Shown piece by piece: positions 18,235 to 27,268 of a DNA stretch of 64,000 bases (position 1 is the stretch's first letter; every line of letters starts with the position of its first letter). Both the position numbers and the translations under genes were made by a program. The stretch comes from Gemmatimonadales bacterium (GTDB lineage Bacteria > Gemmatimonadota > Gemmatimonadetes > Gemmatimonadales > GWC2-71-9), in assembly GCA_044229245.1 (NCBI GenBank), contig JBGATI010000024.1, positions 21,047 to 85,046 on the forward strand, written 5' to 3'. The notes beneath the pieces were generated by a model. It was not told where the DNA came from and made no database searches. It worked only from the letters and a program-made list of their open reading frames with translations.

Positions 18235-19623
18235 GTGCCATTCAGCAGTCTGAAGCTCCATCCCAATCTCCTCACCGGCCTGAAGGAACTGGGATTCGCC
18301 CGGCCGACCCCGATTCAGGCCGATGCCATCCCTCCCGCCCTCGAGGGCCGGGATGTACTCGCCTGCGCGATGACCGGCAGCGGCAAGACTGCGGCCTTTC
18401 TGCTTCCGATCATCCACAAGCTGATCGGGCGTCCGCGCGGCACGACCCGCGCCCTGATCCTCACGCCGACCCGCGAACTCGCCTCCCAGATCCATGAGGT
18501 GCTTCGCGACCTGGCGATCCATACGCCGATCACCGGGGCGGTCGTCGTCGGTGGGATGGGGATGGGTCCCCAGGAGCATGCCTTCCGGGTTGGCGTGGAC
18601 GTGATCATTGCGACGCCGGGGCGACTGCTGGACCACTTCCGCGCCTCGTATGCGAAGATCCCGGGCATCGAGTTCCTGGTGCTCGACGAGGCCGACCGGA
18701 TGCTCGACATGGGTTTCCTGCCGGAGATCAAGAAGATCCTCCGCCACCTGCCCGCGAAGCGGCAGACGCTGTTCTTCAGCGCGACGATGCCGCCGCCGAT
18801 CGCGGCACTGACCCGGGAGATGCTGCGCGATCCGGTGACGATCAACCTCGCTCGTCAGGCAGCACCGGCGGTCGGCATCACCCAGGCGGTCTATCCGGTC
18901 TCGCAGGAACTCAAGTCGGGCCTCTTCCTCGCCCTGCTCAATCGCGGCGAGATGAAGGAAGCGCTGGTCTTCACCCGCACCAAGCACCGCGCCGACCGGC
19001 TGCAGAAGTTCCTGGTGCGAAACGGCATCAAGGCCGAACGGATTCACGGCAACCGCTCGATGCCCCAGCGGACCGAGGCCCTCGCGGGCTTCAAGAGCGG
19101 CAAGTACCGGGTGCTCGTCGCGACCGACATCGCGGCGCGCGGGATCGACGTCGAGGAGCTCGGGCACGTGGTGAACTTCGACGTGCCCGCGGTCCCGGAG
19201 GACTACATCCACCGGGTGGGCCGCACGGCGCGCGCCGAGGCCACCGGCGATGCCTTCACCTTCGTCTCGCCGCAGGAGGAGCCGGAGCTTCGCAGCATCG
19301 AGCGGGCGATCGGCAAGCGGCTGCCGCGGGTGACCGTGCCCGACTTCGATTACACCGCCAAGCCGGAAGGGCAGCTCGAGGTGCCTCAGGCCGAGCGCAT
19401 CGCCGCGATTCGCGCCCGCAAGGCGGAGGAGCGCGCGCGGGCCAAGGCCAAGCAGGAGCGCCGTGCCGGGCAGGAGTCCCAGGGATCGGCCCGCCGTGCG
19501 GGCCCGCCGTCGGGACCGCGGACCGGCAGCGACCAGGGGGGTGCCCGGCCGCGTGGTCGGGGGCAGCCTCCGCGCCGTCCGGGCGGTGGGAACAGCGCTC
19601 CCGGTGGACGGAAGCCGAACTGA
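18235..19623 (+). CDS. rhlE: DEAD-box RNA helicase (RhlE-like)
   Basis: Q motif PTPIQ, TGSGKT, PTREL, DEAD, SAT, ARGID, HRVGRT. Confidence 0.95.
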   Translation: MPFSSLKLHPNLLTGLKELGFARPTPIQADAIPPALEGRDVLACAMTGSGKTAAFLLPIIHKLIGRPRGTTRALILTPTRELASQIHEVLRDLAIHTPITGAVVVGGMGMGPQEHAFRVGVDVIIATPGRLLDHFRASYAKIPGIEFLVLDEADRMLDMGFLPEIKKILRHLPAKRQTLFFSATMPPPIAALTREMLRDPVTINLARQAAPAVGITQAVYPVSQELKSGLFLALLNRGEMKEALVFTRTKHRADRLQKFLVRNGIKAERIHGNRSMPQRTEALAGFKSGKYRVLVATDIAARGIDVEELGHVVNFDVPAVPEDYIHRVGRTARAEATGDAFTFVSPQEEPELRSIERAIGKRLPRVTVPDFDYTAKPEGQLEVPQAERIAAIRARKAEERARAKAKQERRAGQESQGSARRAGPPSGPRTGSDQGGARPRGRGQPPRRPGGGNSAPGGRKPN

Positions 19624-19752
19624 TCAGGAGGGTGGCGGCCGCCGAGACGACGATCGGGCCGCCACGCGGCTATATTGCGCGCCATTGCACCGGGCGCTCC
19701 CCGGTGCGCAGCCCCGGCCTTCAGCCGGCGGAATTTCCCTGAGCGAGTCTCG

Positions 19753-19980
19753 ATGACCCGGCTTCGTATCGATCAGCATCGTGTCTTCCACCGCGGCCGC
19801 GAATTCCACTTCGTCACGTATGATGGCGATGCCGATCCGGAGAACACCGGTGGCGCCCCGATGTGGTACCTGATGAGCGGCCTGCGGCGCTGTGAAGCGA
19901 TCCGCCAGGTGCCCGATCAGGATGAGGCAATGCTCGATGCCCGGCTCCGCCGCTGGCTCGACACCAACGCCTTCGCCTGA
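19753..19980 (+). CDS. Small hypothetical protein
   Basis: 75 aa, GREFHFVTYDG...PMWYLM; coding-like codon usage. Confidence 0.7.
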   Translation: MTRLRIDQHRVFHRGREFHFVTYDGDADPENTGGAPMWYLMSGLRRCEAIRQVPDQDEAMLDARLRRWLDTNAFA

Positions 19981-20103
19981 GTCCCGCCTCCGGACCCGCT
20001 CTCCGCGCCAGACTTCCACGCCGCGGGACAGGCTTCTAATTTTTCGGCGTGACAGGGCCGGGAGGAGACCCGGCACGAGCCCCATCTATCGGTCGGAGCA
20101 CTC

Positions 20104-20280
20104 ATGTCCAAGCGCGAAGAGCAGAAACTGGCCAAGCTGCTGAAGAAGCATGCCGGCAAGGTCGCGCCACCACGGAAGGATCGCGACGCGCAGTATGACA
20201 GCACCCTGCGGCAGCGGCCGCCGGAGCAGGACAACGAGACCACCCGCCTCTTCAAGGACATGAAGAAGCGTGAGTTCTGA
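20104..20280 (+). CDS. Small basic protein (58 aa, absent from ORF track)
   Basis: GGAG RBS; MSKREEQKLAKLLKKHAGKVAPPRKDRDAQYDSTLRQRPPEQDNETTRLFKDMKKREF; overlaps next start. Confidence 0.7.
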   Translation: MSKREEQKLAKLLKKHAGKVAPPRKDRDAQYDSTLRQRPPEQDNETTRLFKDMKKREF

Positions 20281-20845
20281 GGCCTCCCGCCTCACGAGCC
20301 CCTCGATCGCCCGGATCGCCGCGATCGTCCTGCTCCTGATCGCCGCGCTCTGCGCCCACCAGGCTTCCACCCGCGGGTGGGGTGAGGCATCGGGTGCTGA
20401 CGCGACCCGCTACCGCCTCGCACCGAACGGTATCAGCCATCTGGCCGCCGACGGCACGTCACTCGCCACCTGCCGCTGGTTCCCGCTGCACGGCACCGAC
20501 CCGCTCTGCCAGGCAGCTCCCGACGCCGCACCCCGCTACCAGCGCCTGACCTACGCCTACCCGACCCTGCAGTTCGGGGCCTGGATGGCGTTTCTCGCCA
20601 TGCTGGTCCTGACCCTCGCCGGCCCCCAGGCCTCAAGATTGATCCGGATCCTCGCCGGGCTGTCCGTGGCGGCCACCGCGCTCGGCCTCGGACTCGTGCT
20701 GAGCGGTGCGCCGGCCGGATCGGCGGCGCTGAGTCAGCTCAGCTTCGGGTTCGGCGGCATCGGGCTGATCCTGGCGGTGATCGCGCCAGTGGTCGGACTC
20801 GTCGGCGGCCTGCTCGTTCCGACTACGGCGGCGCGTGCGGGCTGA
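20270..20845 (+). CDS. Hypothetical membrane protein
   Basis: N-terminal TM, loop with two Cys, three further TMs. Confidence 0.65.
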   Translation: MSSEASRLTSPSIARIAAIVLLLIAALCAHQASTRGWGEASGADATRYRLAPNGISHLAADGTSLATCRWFPLHGTDPLCQAAPDAAPRYQRLTYAYPTLQFGAWMAFLAMLVLTLAGPQASRLIRILAGLSVAATALGLGLVLSGAPAGSAALSQLSFGFGGIGLILAVIAPVVGLVGGLLVPTTAARAG

Positions 20846-21383
20846 CACCGCGCGCGGGGTCCGCGTCGCCCTGCTACTCCTCTCCCTCGTCCCGTCGATC
20901 CTGCCGGCGCAGTCCCTTCCCAGATGGGTCATCGCGCCTGAGGCGAAGGACAGCCTCGCCCGTCTCTGGGCCGAGAGCATCGCGGCCCACCGCGAGCATG
21001 TCGGCTGTCTCGGCGGCCGCCTCGGCACGGACACGGTCTTCGTCGACCGGGCGATGCTGCTCGACGACGCACCGGGCGATTCACTCAATGCCCCGGCCGA
21101 GCTCTCCCTCGCGACCTGCGGGCCACCCACCTGGATCGGGACCGTGCATAGTCACGTCCGCTCGACGGACGACCCGGCTCCGGCCCCTCGCTTCAGCGGG
21201 AGCGACCGAGTGGTCATGTCCGTATGGTCGGTGCGCTGGCGCAGCAAGGGAGCCTTCTGCGTACTCTACAGCGATCGCGGCGCCCACTGCGAGGTCTATC
21301 CGCCCGGACGCCCCGCCCTGCTGACGGCACCCGGCACCGACACCGGGCCCGCGTCCGTCGTCCCGGCTCCAAAGGCCGATTAG
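20835..21383 (+). CDS. Secreted JAB/MPN (JAMM)-like protein
   Basis: Signal peptide; E..GCL, IGTVHSH, FSGSD. Confidence 0.65.
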   Translation: MRADTARGVRVALLLLSLVPSILPAQSLPRWVIAPEAKDSLARLWAESIAAHREHVGCLGGRLGTDTVFVDRAMLLDDAPGDSLNAPAELSLATCGPPTWIGTVHSHVRSTDDPAPAPRFSGSDRVVMSVWSVRWRSKGAFCVLYSDRGAHCEVYPPGRPALLTAPGTDTGPASVVPAPKAD

Positions 21384-21425
21384 CTTCCGGGCAACGCGAC
21401 ACGATCACCCCCATCCGACAACATC

Positions 21426-21836
21426 ATGACGCTCTACAGGCAGACCCGCGTGCTCACGCTGGAGGGCGCGAAACGACTGGCGGCCGCCGCCGAAGCGGAA
21501 GCCTCCCGCCGGAACTGGACAGTCGCCATCGCGCTGGTCGATCCCAGCGGCGGGCTCATCCTGTTCCACTGCATCGACGGGACCCAGGCCGCGAGCCAGG
21601 ACATCGCCATCGCCAAGGCGAGAACCGCCGCCCGGCTGAAGCGACCCACGAAGGCGCTGGAGGACGGGATCGCCGGCGGCCGCCATGCCCTGCTGACGGT
21701 GCCCGGCGCGCTCGCTCTCGAGGGCGGGGCGCCAATCGTCGTCGAGGGGCATCTGCTCGGCGCCATCGGCATCAGCGGGATGACCTCCGCCGAGGATGGT
21801 CAGGTCGCCGCGGCGGCCCTGGCCAGTCTCGCCTGA
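21426..21836 (+). CDS. GlcG/HbpS family heme-binding protein
   Basis: IA.VD..G.L, IA.AKARTA, GG.PI...G...GAIG.SG....ED. Confidence 0.92.
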   Translation: MTLYRQTRVLTLEGAKRLAAAAEAEASRRNWTVAIALVDPSGGLILFHCIDGTQAASQDIAIAKARTAARLKRPTKALEDGIAGGRHALLTVPGALALEGGAPIVVEGHLLGAIGISGMTSAEDGQVAAAALASLA

Positions 21837-21853
21837 GCGAACGGAGCGACCGC

Positions 21854-22351
21854 ATGCCCGCCCCCGCGATTCATCCGCAGGTCTCGATCGGTCATGTGCA
21901 CCTCAAGGTGGCGGACCTCGAGCGCGCGATCGGTTTCTACTCCGGTGTACTGGGGTTCACCGTCATGCAGCGCTTCGGCACCTCTGCGGCGTTCCTCAGC
22001 GCCGGCGATTACCACCATCACATCGGACTCAACACCTGGGAGAGCGAGGGGGGCTCGCCTCCGCCCCGCGGGACTACCGGGCTCTATCACGTCGCAATTC
22101 TCTACCCCGACCGGGCGACCCTGGGTGATGCGCTCCGCAGGCTGGTGGCAGCGGGAATCCCGCTTGATGGCGCGAGCGACCATGGCGTGAGCGAGGCGCT
22201 CTACCTGCACGACCCCGACGGCAATGGGATCGAGCTCTACCGCGACCGGCCCCGTACGGAATGGCCGGTTTCCCCAGCGGGGGAGCTCTCGATGTATACC
22301 CGGCCGCTCGACCTGCGTGCCCTCCTCGCCGAGGCACCGGCGCCCGCATGA
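21854..22351 (+). CDS. VOC family protein (CatE-like)
   Basis: IGHVHLKVADL, YHHHIGLNTW, GLYH.A, DHGVSEALYL.DPDGNGIELY. Confidence 0.92.
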   Translation: MPAPAIHPQVSIGHVHLKVADLERAIGFYSGVLGFTVMQRFGTSAAFLSAGDYHHHIGLNTWESEGGSPPPRGTTGLYHVAILYPDRATLGDALRRLVAAGIPLDGASDHGVSEALYLHDPDGNGIELYRDRPRTEWPVSPAGELSMYTRPLDLRALLAEAPAPA

Positions 22352-22905
22352 CGGCGCCGGGCTTGGATGCGAAGGCCCGGCGGCTGCTCGTCAGCCAGGC
22401 GCCGCTCGACCGGGTCCCCGCGTCGGCATTCCTTCCGGCCCTCACGGGCGTCCTCGGCGCCGGGGTGGTGCTCTCACAGCGACTCTCCCCCGATGTTTCT
22501 GCGGACGCCGCCCTGGCGGCCGCGCGCGCCATCCACCAGACCTCCTCCGCGACGCCGATCGGCGCCTGGCGCTGGCGGCGCGCAGAGGCCGACAGGTGGG
22601 GCGCACGACTGACGGCGCTGACCCCGGTGCTCGGCACAGACCCCGCGCTCTATTTCTCGGTGCGCTGGGGCACGCTCGGCGCGCTTCGGGCGGCGCCGGC
22701 GATGATCCTGCCTCATGCCCTGGCCCTGGCATCGCAGAGCCTGGGCTGCCTGCTGACGTCGGTGAGCGGGATGGACGGCCTTCGGCTCGACTTTCTGGAG
22801 CCGGCGCCCGCCACCCCTGGCTCGGAGAGGTACGAACTCATCGTCTGGGGTGACCGCTGGGGTCGCGCGGCGATCGAGGAATTGGAGCAAACCGCCACCC
22901 CCTGA
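22348..22905 (+). CDS. Hypothetical protein
   Basis: ATGA overlap; C-terminal DGL.LD...YEL.VWG..W. Confidence 0.6.
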   Translation: MTAPGLDAKARRLLVSQAPLDRVPASAFLPALTGVLGAGVVLSQRLSPDVSADAALAAARAIHQTSSATPIGAWRWRRAEADRWGARLTALTPVLGTDPALYFSVRWGTLGALRAAPAMILPHALALASQSLGCLLTSVSGMDGLRLDFLEPAPATPGSERYELIVWGDRWGRAAIEELEQTATP

Positions 22906-22917
22906 CGGAGGGATACG

Positions 22918-23388
22918 ATGCAGGTGCGACAGGCGACAACCCCCGATCTCGATCTGGTGGCGCCACTCTTCGACGCCTACCGCCAGTTCTACCACCTGCC
23001 AGCCAATCTGCCGCTTGCGCGTGACTTCATCGCGGACCGGCTTCATCGCGGCGACTCGATGATCTACCTCGCGGAGGAGGAGGGAGCCGCGCTCGGTTTC
23101 GTCCAGCTCTATCCGCTCTTCTCCTCAACGGCCGCGGTGCCCGGCCGGCTCTGGCTGCTGAACGACCTGTACGTGGTTCCGGCCTCGCGAGGGCGACGGG
23201 TCGGACACGCGCTGATGGAACAGGCGAGGCGGCTCGGCGTCGAGACCGGCGCTCGCGGGCTGTTCCTGCAGACGGCACGCGACAATGCGACGGCACAGCA
23301 CCTGTACGAATCCCTCGGCTATCGCCGCGACGAGCACTTCCTCGTCTACGAGCTCGACCTCACCAAGGACCTCAGCCCGCGCCAGTGA
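22918..23388 (+). CDS. GNAT N-acetyltransferase
   Basis: LFDAYRQFY, GFVQLYP.FSS, LNDLYV...RG. Confidence 0.92.
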   Translation: MQVRQATTPDLDLVAPLFDAYRQFYHLPANLPLARDFIADRLHRGDSMIYLAEEEGAALGFVQLYPLFSSTAAVPGRLWLLNDLYVVPASRGRRVGHALMEQARRLGVETGARGLFLQTARDNATAQHLYESLGYRRDEHFLVYELDLTKDLSPRQ

Positions 23389-23489
23389 GCCCCATCCGGT
23401 GCGATCCGAGGCCGGGACGATCGAAGCAGCCGGCTCACGCGGCTCCTTGTGACTGGCTCGCCGCACCACCCGCCTCTAAGTTTGCTGCC

Positions 23490-24077
23490 ATGATTCCGGA
23501 CTTTGCGACGGGCACGCCCGCCACCGGTGCCGATGTCGACCATGCGCTGGGCGCGCTGCTGGCTTCGGGGACGGCGTATCTCTCGACCCTGTCCGACGCG
23601 GTGTTCTTCGCGCCACAGGGACAGGCCTGGTCACCGGCGCGCCACGTCCGGCATCTCCACGGATCGGCCGAACCGCTGGTGCTGGCGCTCCGCCTGCCGC
23701 GCTGGATGCTCGGACTCCGCTTCGGCCACGCGCACGGGACATCGCGCTCGTTCGTCCAGATCCGCGAGCTCTATCTCGGGCACCTCGCGAAGGGCGCGGA
23801 TGCCGGTCGTTTCACGCCGTCGGTGGAGGCACCGCCCGGCAATCCCCCTGCGCGCCGGGCCGAGATCATGCGGCAGTGGGCGTCGGCGAGCGTCAATCTC
23901 CAGAATGCCCTCAGGCGCTGGCCCGAGGAAGCGCTGGACCGGCACCGCCTGCCCCATCCGATCCTCGGCATGCTGACCGTCCGCGAAATGCTGTCGTTCA
24001 CCATCTATCACACGGCCCACCACCTTCGGCGGGTCGCGGAGCGGGCCGGCACCGATGCAGCGCCCGGTCTCCGCTAG
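23490..24077 (+). CDS. DinB family protein
   Basis: WSPA.HVRHL, LPHP.LG.LT.REM..FT.YH..HH. Confidence 0.85.
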   Translation: MIPDFATGTPATGADVDHALGALLASGTAYLSTLSDAVFFAPQGQAWSPARHVRHLHGSAEPLVLALRLPRWMLGLRFGHAHGTSRSFVQIRELYLGHLAKGADAGRFTPSVEAPPGNPPARRAEIMRQWASASVNLQNALRRWPEEALDRHRLPHPILGMLTVREMLSFTIYHTAHHLRRVAERAGTDAAPGLR

Positions 24078-24384
24078 CTACCAGCGGATCTACGCGATCG
24101 TCCGGCGCATTCCCCGCGGGCGAGTCGCGACGTATGGCCAGGTAGCGGCACTCGCCGGCCTGCCGGGTGCCGCCCGTCAGGTCGGCTATGCCCTGCATGC
24201 CCTGTCCGGCAGTACCGCTCTCCCCTGGCAGCGGGTCATCAACGCCGCCGGACGAATCAGCCTCCCACCGGAGGCCGGCGGGCTGGAACAGCGGTTCCGG
24301 CTGATCGCCGACGGTGTCCCCGTGGACGATCAGGGGCGCGTCCCGCTCGCTCGGGTACAGTGGCGGCCCCGGACGACCGCATGA
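24055..24384 (+). CDS. Alkyltransferase-like protein (ATL/YbaZ, MGMT family)
   Basis: IP.G.VATYGQVA, ARQVG, PWQRV (Trp in place of catalytic Cys). Confidence 0.9.
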   Translation: MQRPVSASYQRIYAIVRRIPRGRVATYGQVAALAGLPGAARQVGYALHALSGSTALPWQRVINAAGRISLPPEAGGLEQRFRLIADGVPVDDQGRVPLARVQWRPRTTA

Positions 24385-24890
24385 CCGTCTACGAGCGCAA
24401 GCTGTGCATGATCGGCGCGGCGGGCGTCGGCAAGACCAGTCTGGTCCGGCGATTCGTGGAAGGCCTCTTTTCCGAGCGCTATCTCACGACCATCGGCGTC
24501 AAGATCGACCGCAAGCGTATGGTCGTCGGCGCGCATGAGGTGCACATGGCCCTCTGGGACATCGAGGGCGAGACCGAACTCCGGAGCACCCGCCTGCGCT
24601 ATCTCCGCGGCGCAGCCGGCTACCTGCTGGTCGCGGACGGGACTCGGAGTGCGACCCTCGCTGTCGCGCGGCAGCTCCAGGAGACCGTGGCGGACCGGAT
24701 GCCGGACCTGCCGTTCGCCCTGCTGCTCAACAAGCACGACCGGACCGATGCCTGGGCGCTCGATCCCTCGGAGACCGCCCCACTCGCTTCGGCGGGCTGG
24801 GCCGTCTTCCAGACCAGCGCGGCGACGGGGGCGGGGGTCGAGGCGGCCTTCAGTCACATTGCCACCCGGCTGCTGCCGGAGCCGGCCTGA
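24381..24890 (+). CDS. Rab/Ras-like small GTPase
   Basis: G1 GAAGVGKT, G2 YLTTIG, G3 WDIEG, G4 NKHD, G5 TSA. Confidence 0.88.
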   Translation: MTVYERKLCMIGAAGVGKTSLVRRFVEGLFSERYLTTIGVKIDRKRMVVGAHEVHMALWDIEGETELRSTRLRYLRGAAGYLLVADGTRSATLAVARQLQETVADRMPDLPFALLLNKHDRTDAWALDPSETAPLASAGWAVFQTSAATGAGVEAAFSHIATRLLPEPA

Positions 24891-24893
24891 CCC

Positions 24894-25301
24894 ATGCCAC
24901 TCTCCGTGCTGGTGGTGCTCGGGCTCGTGGGGATCTACCTGCTGGTGCGGGGAAATCAGCGGGGGCAGGCCGCCGGCGACCCTGATGCGGAAACGCTCGA
25001 GGAGCTGGCGCGCGCCGGCTCAGACCTCGCCGAGCCGCACGAGGTCGAGTTCTTCCTGTACGTGGAAACCAATGCTCAGGCGACCGCGCTTGCGACGGAG
25101 CTGCAGCGGGAGGGATTCGCCACAGAAGTCCGGCCAACGGAAACGGAACAGTGCTGGCTCTGTCTCGCGACGCGCGTGATGCGGCCGGAACTCGCGGAGC
25201 TGAGGCGGTGGCGTGAGCGCTTCAACGCCCTCGCCGAGCAGGCCGGCGGGGCCTACGACGGGTGGGGCACGACGGTGGTGGAAGGGGGGCGAGGGCCGTG
25301 A
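24894..25301 (+). CDS. RraB-like domain protein with N-terminal TM
   Basis: L...GSDL..PH.VEFFLY...G.YDGWG. Confidence 0.8.
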   Translation: MPLSVLVVLGLVGIYLLVRGNQRGQAAGDPDAETLEELARAGSDLAEPHEVEFFLYVETNAQATALATELQREGFATEVRPTETEQCWLCLATRVMRPELAELRRWRERFNALAEQAGGAYDGWGTTVVEGGRGP

Positions 25302-25825
25302 CCACACTCGCCGGCGCAATTGTCAGGCGTGGCACCCCGGCCGACGCGGTCATGCTCGCGGAGCTCGCTGCACGGACCTTCCGTGACACCTACGCGGCGC
25401 AGAACACGCCGGAGAACCTGGCGCGCTACCTCGCGGAGCACTACTCGCCGGCGCTCCAGGGGTCGGAACTGGCGGATCCGACCATCATCACGCTGATCCT
25501 CGAGGTGCGTGGTACGGCCGCAGGCTTCGCCCAGGTGACGAGCCGTACCCCGCCACCTCTCCTGCCGGAGGCCGGAGGGCGCTTCCTCTCCCGGTTCTAC
25601 CTCGACAAGGAGTGGATCGGTCGCGGACTCGCGCTGCCCCTCATGACGGCGGTGCGGGATGCCGCCCGCCAGGCGGGGGCGAGCTATCTCTGGCTGACGG
25701 TCTGGCAGGAGAATCCCCGCGCGGTTTCCTTCTACCGCAAGTGCGGGTTCGAGACGGTCGGCGAGACGACCTTCGTGCTCGGCGAGGACCCGCAAGTGGA
25801 CTGGCTGATGACCTGCCAGGTCTGA
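25298..25825 (+). CDS. GNAT acetyltransferase (PaiA-like)
   Basis: TF.DTY...N, RFY....G.G, WL.VW..N.RA..FY.K.GF, F.LG.D.Q.D. Confidence 0.9.
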   Translation: MTTLAGAIVRRGTPADAVMLAELAARTFRDTYAAQNTPENLARYLAEHYSPALQGSELADPTIITLILEVRGTAAGFAQVTSRTPPPLLPEAGGRFLSRFYLDKEWIGRGLALPLMTAVRDAARQAGASYLWLTVWQENPRAVSFYRKCGFETVGETTFVLGEDPQVDWLMTCQV

Positions 25826-25901
25826 GGGGCGGGTGGCGACGTCTGGCGGGATGCGGTACCAGCCAGTAGTATCGGCTCATTCCCTATCAGGCAGGTTCCG
25901 A

Positions 25902-26336
25902 ATGCCCGTCGTGCGCGATATCCTCGCCCGCAAGGGCGCCGACACCGTCACAGTCCCCCCGACCATCTCGGTGCTCGAAGCGGCACAGATCATGAACGCG
26001 CGCGGAATCGGTGCCGTGCTCGTGACCGCCGACGGCGAGCTGGCAGGAATCTTCACCGAGCGGGACGTCATGCGGCGCGTCGTGGCCGAGCAGCGCGACC
26101 CGGCTCGCACCCCCGTCGGTGAGGTGATGACCCGGCATCTGGTGACGACCAGGCCCGATATCAGCGTGGAGGAGTGCGCCTCACAGATGACCGCCCGGCG
26201 CATCCGGCACCTTCCCGTCGTTGGCGACAACGGACTTGCCGGCGTCATCACCATCGGCGACCTGATGGCGTGGCAGGTAGCAGAACAGGCTGTCACAATT
26301 GCCCAGCTCAACAGCTTCGTCTACGACAATCGTTGA
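25902..26336 (+). CDS. CBS domain protein
   Basis: Two CBS repeats (GIFTERD, RIRHLPV, ITIGDL). Confidence 0.92.
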   Translation: MPVVRDILARKGADTVTVPPTISVLEAAQIMNARGIGAVLVTADGELAGIFTERDVMRRVVAEQRDPARTPVGEVMTRHLVTTRPDISVEECASQMTARRIRHLPVVGDNGLAGVITIGDLMAWQVAEQAVTIAQLNSFVYDNR

Positions 26337-26348
26337 CCGCACATCCCC

Positions 26349-26829
26349 GTGGCGGGCTCTCGGGCCGGACTGGTGGTGGGGCCTCCTCCTCGCCCTGGCG
26401 GCCCCGGCGAGCCCTCTCCGGGCCCAGCAGTCCGCCCCCGCGTGGCTGGCCGGCTGCTGGCGCCAGGTGGAGGCCGGCCAGAGCACCGACGAGGTCTGGC
26501 TCTCGCGGGCGGGCGGCGCACTGGTCGGCATGAGCCGTACCGTCGAGAACGACACATTGCGCACCTGGGAAATCATGGTGATTCGGGAAGGCCCCAACGG
26601 GCTGGCCTTCGAGGTGACGCCCTCGGGGCAGTCGATGGCCGTCTTTCTGTCGAGCACGATCACGGATAGCGCCGTCGCGTTCGAGAATCTCACCCGGGAC
26701 TATCCGCAGGTGATCCGCTACGCGCGACATGGTACCGACTCGCTCACCGCGGTCGTGAGCGGGACGATCCATGACCGGCAGCGTGCCATCGAATTCCATT
26801 ACGCGCGGGTGGCCTGTCCCGCCTCCTGA
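26349..26829 (+). CDS. Secreted DUF6265-like protein; apparent frameshift near 26378-26381
   Basis: WLAGCW...E.W....G...G.SRT, FEN...DYPQ.I.Y; signal peptide split across two frames. Confidence 0.7.
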
Positions 26830-26902
26830 ATCCCGCCGTGCTCTGTCGCCGTCCTGCTTCCGGTCCCCCTCCAACTCCCCCGACACACACGAGGCGTTCG
26901 CC

Positions 26903-27268
26903 ATGACTTCTGAGGCAGGCAATCCGCTGATCCGGGCCACCATGGTAGGCACCGTACTGCAGGTCCTGATGGTCGTCTCCGGCCATTTCAGTCCCGCCAT
27001 TGCCGGACTCTTCCCGGTCGTCGGGACCGGACTCGGCGGGGTCGCCGGTCTGCTCGCAGGGATGTGGGCGACGAATCGTGGTGCTGGACGGGCGGCTGGC
27101 GAGGGCGTGCTCGCGGGCGGCGCTGGCGCGCTGATCGGCACGATCATCTCGTTCCTGCTGGGTGATGTACCCGCCTCGATCATCGGAATCGGCACCGGCG
27201 CCTCTGCGGGTGCGGGCGCGCTCGGCGGCCTCGTGGGCCGGATCCTCGCCAGCCGCGGCACGCGTTGA
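26903..27268 (+). CDS. Gly/Ala-rich membrane protein
   Basis: GAGG RBS; four TMs with GxxxG repeats. Confidence 0.7.
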   Translation: MTSEAGNPLIRATMVGTVLQVLMVVSGHFSPAIAGLFPVVGTGLGGVAGLLAGMWATNRGAGRAAGEGVLAGGAGALIGTIISFLLGDVPASIIGIGTGASAGAGALGGLVGRILASRGTR

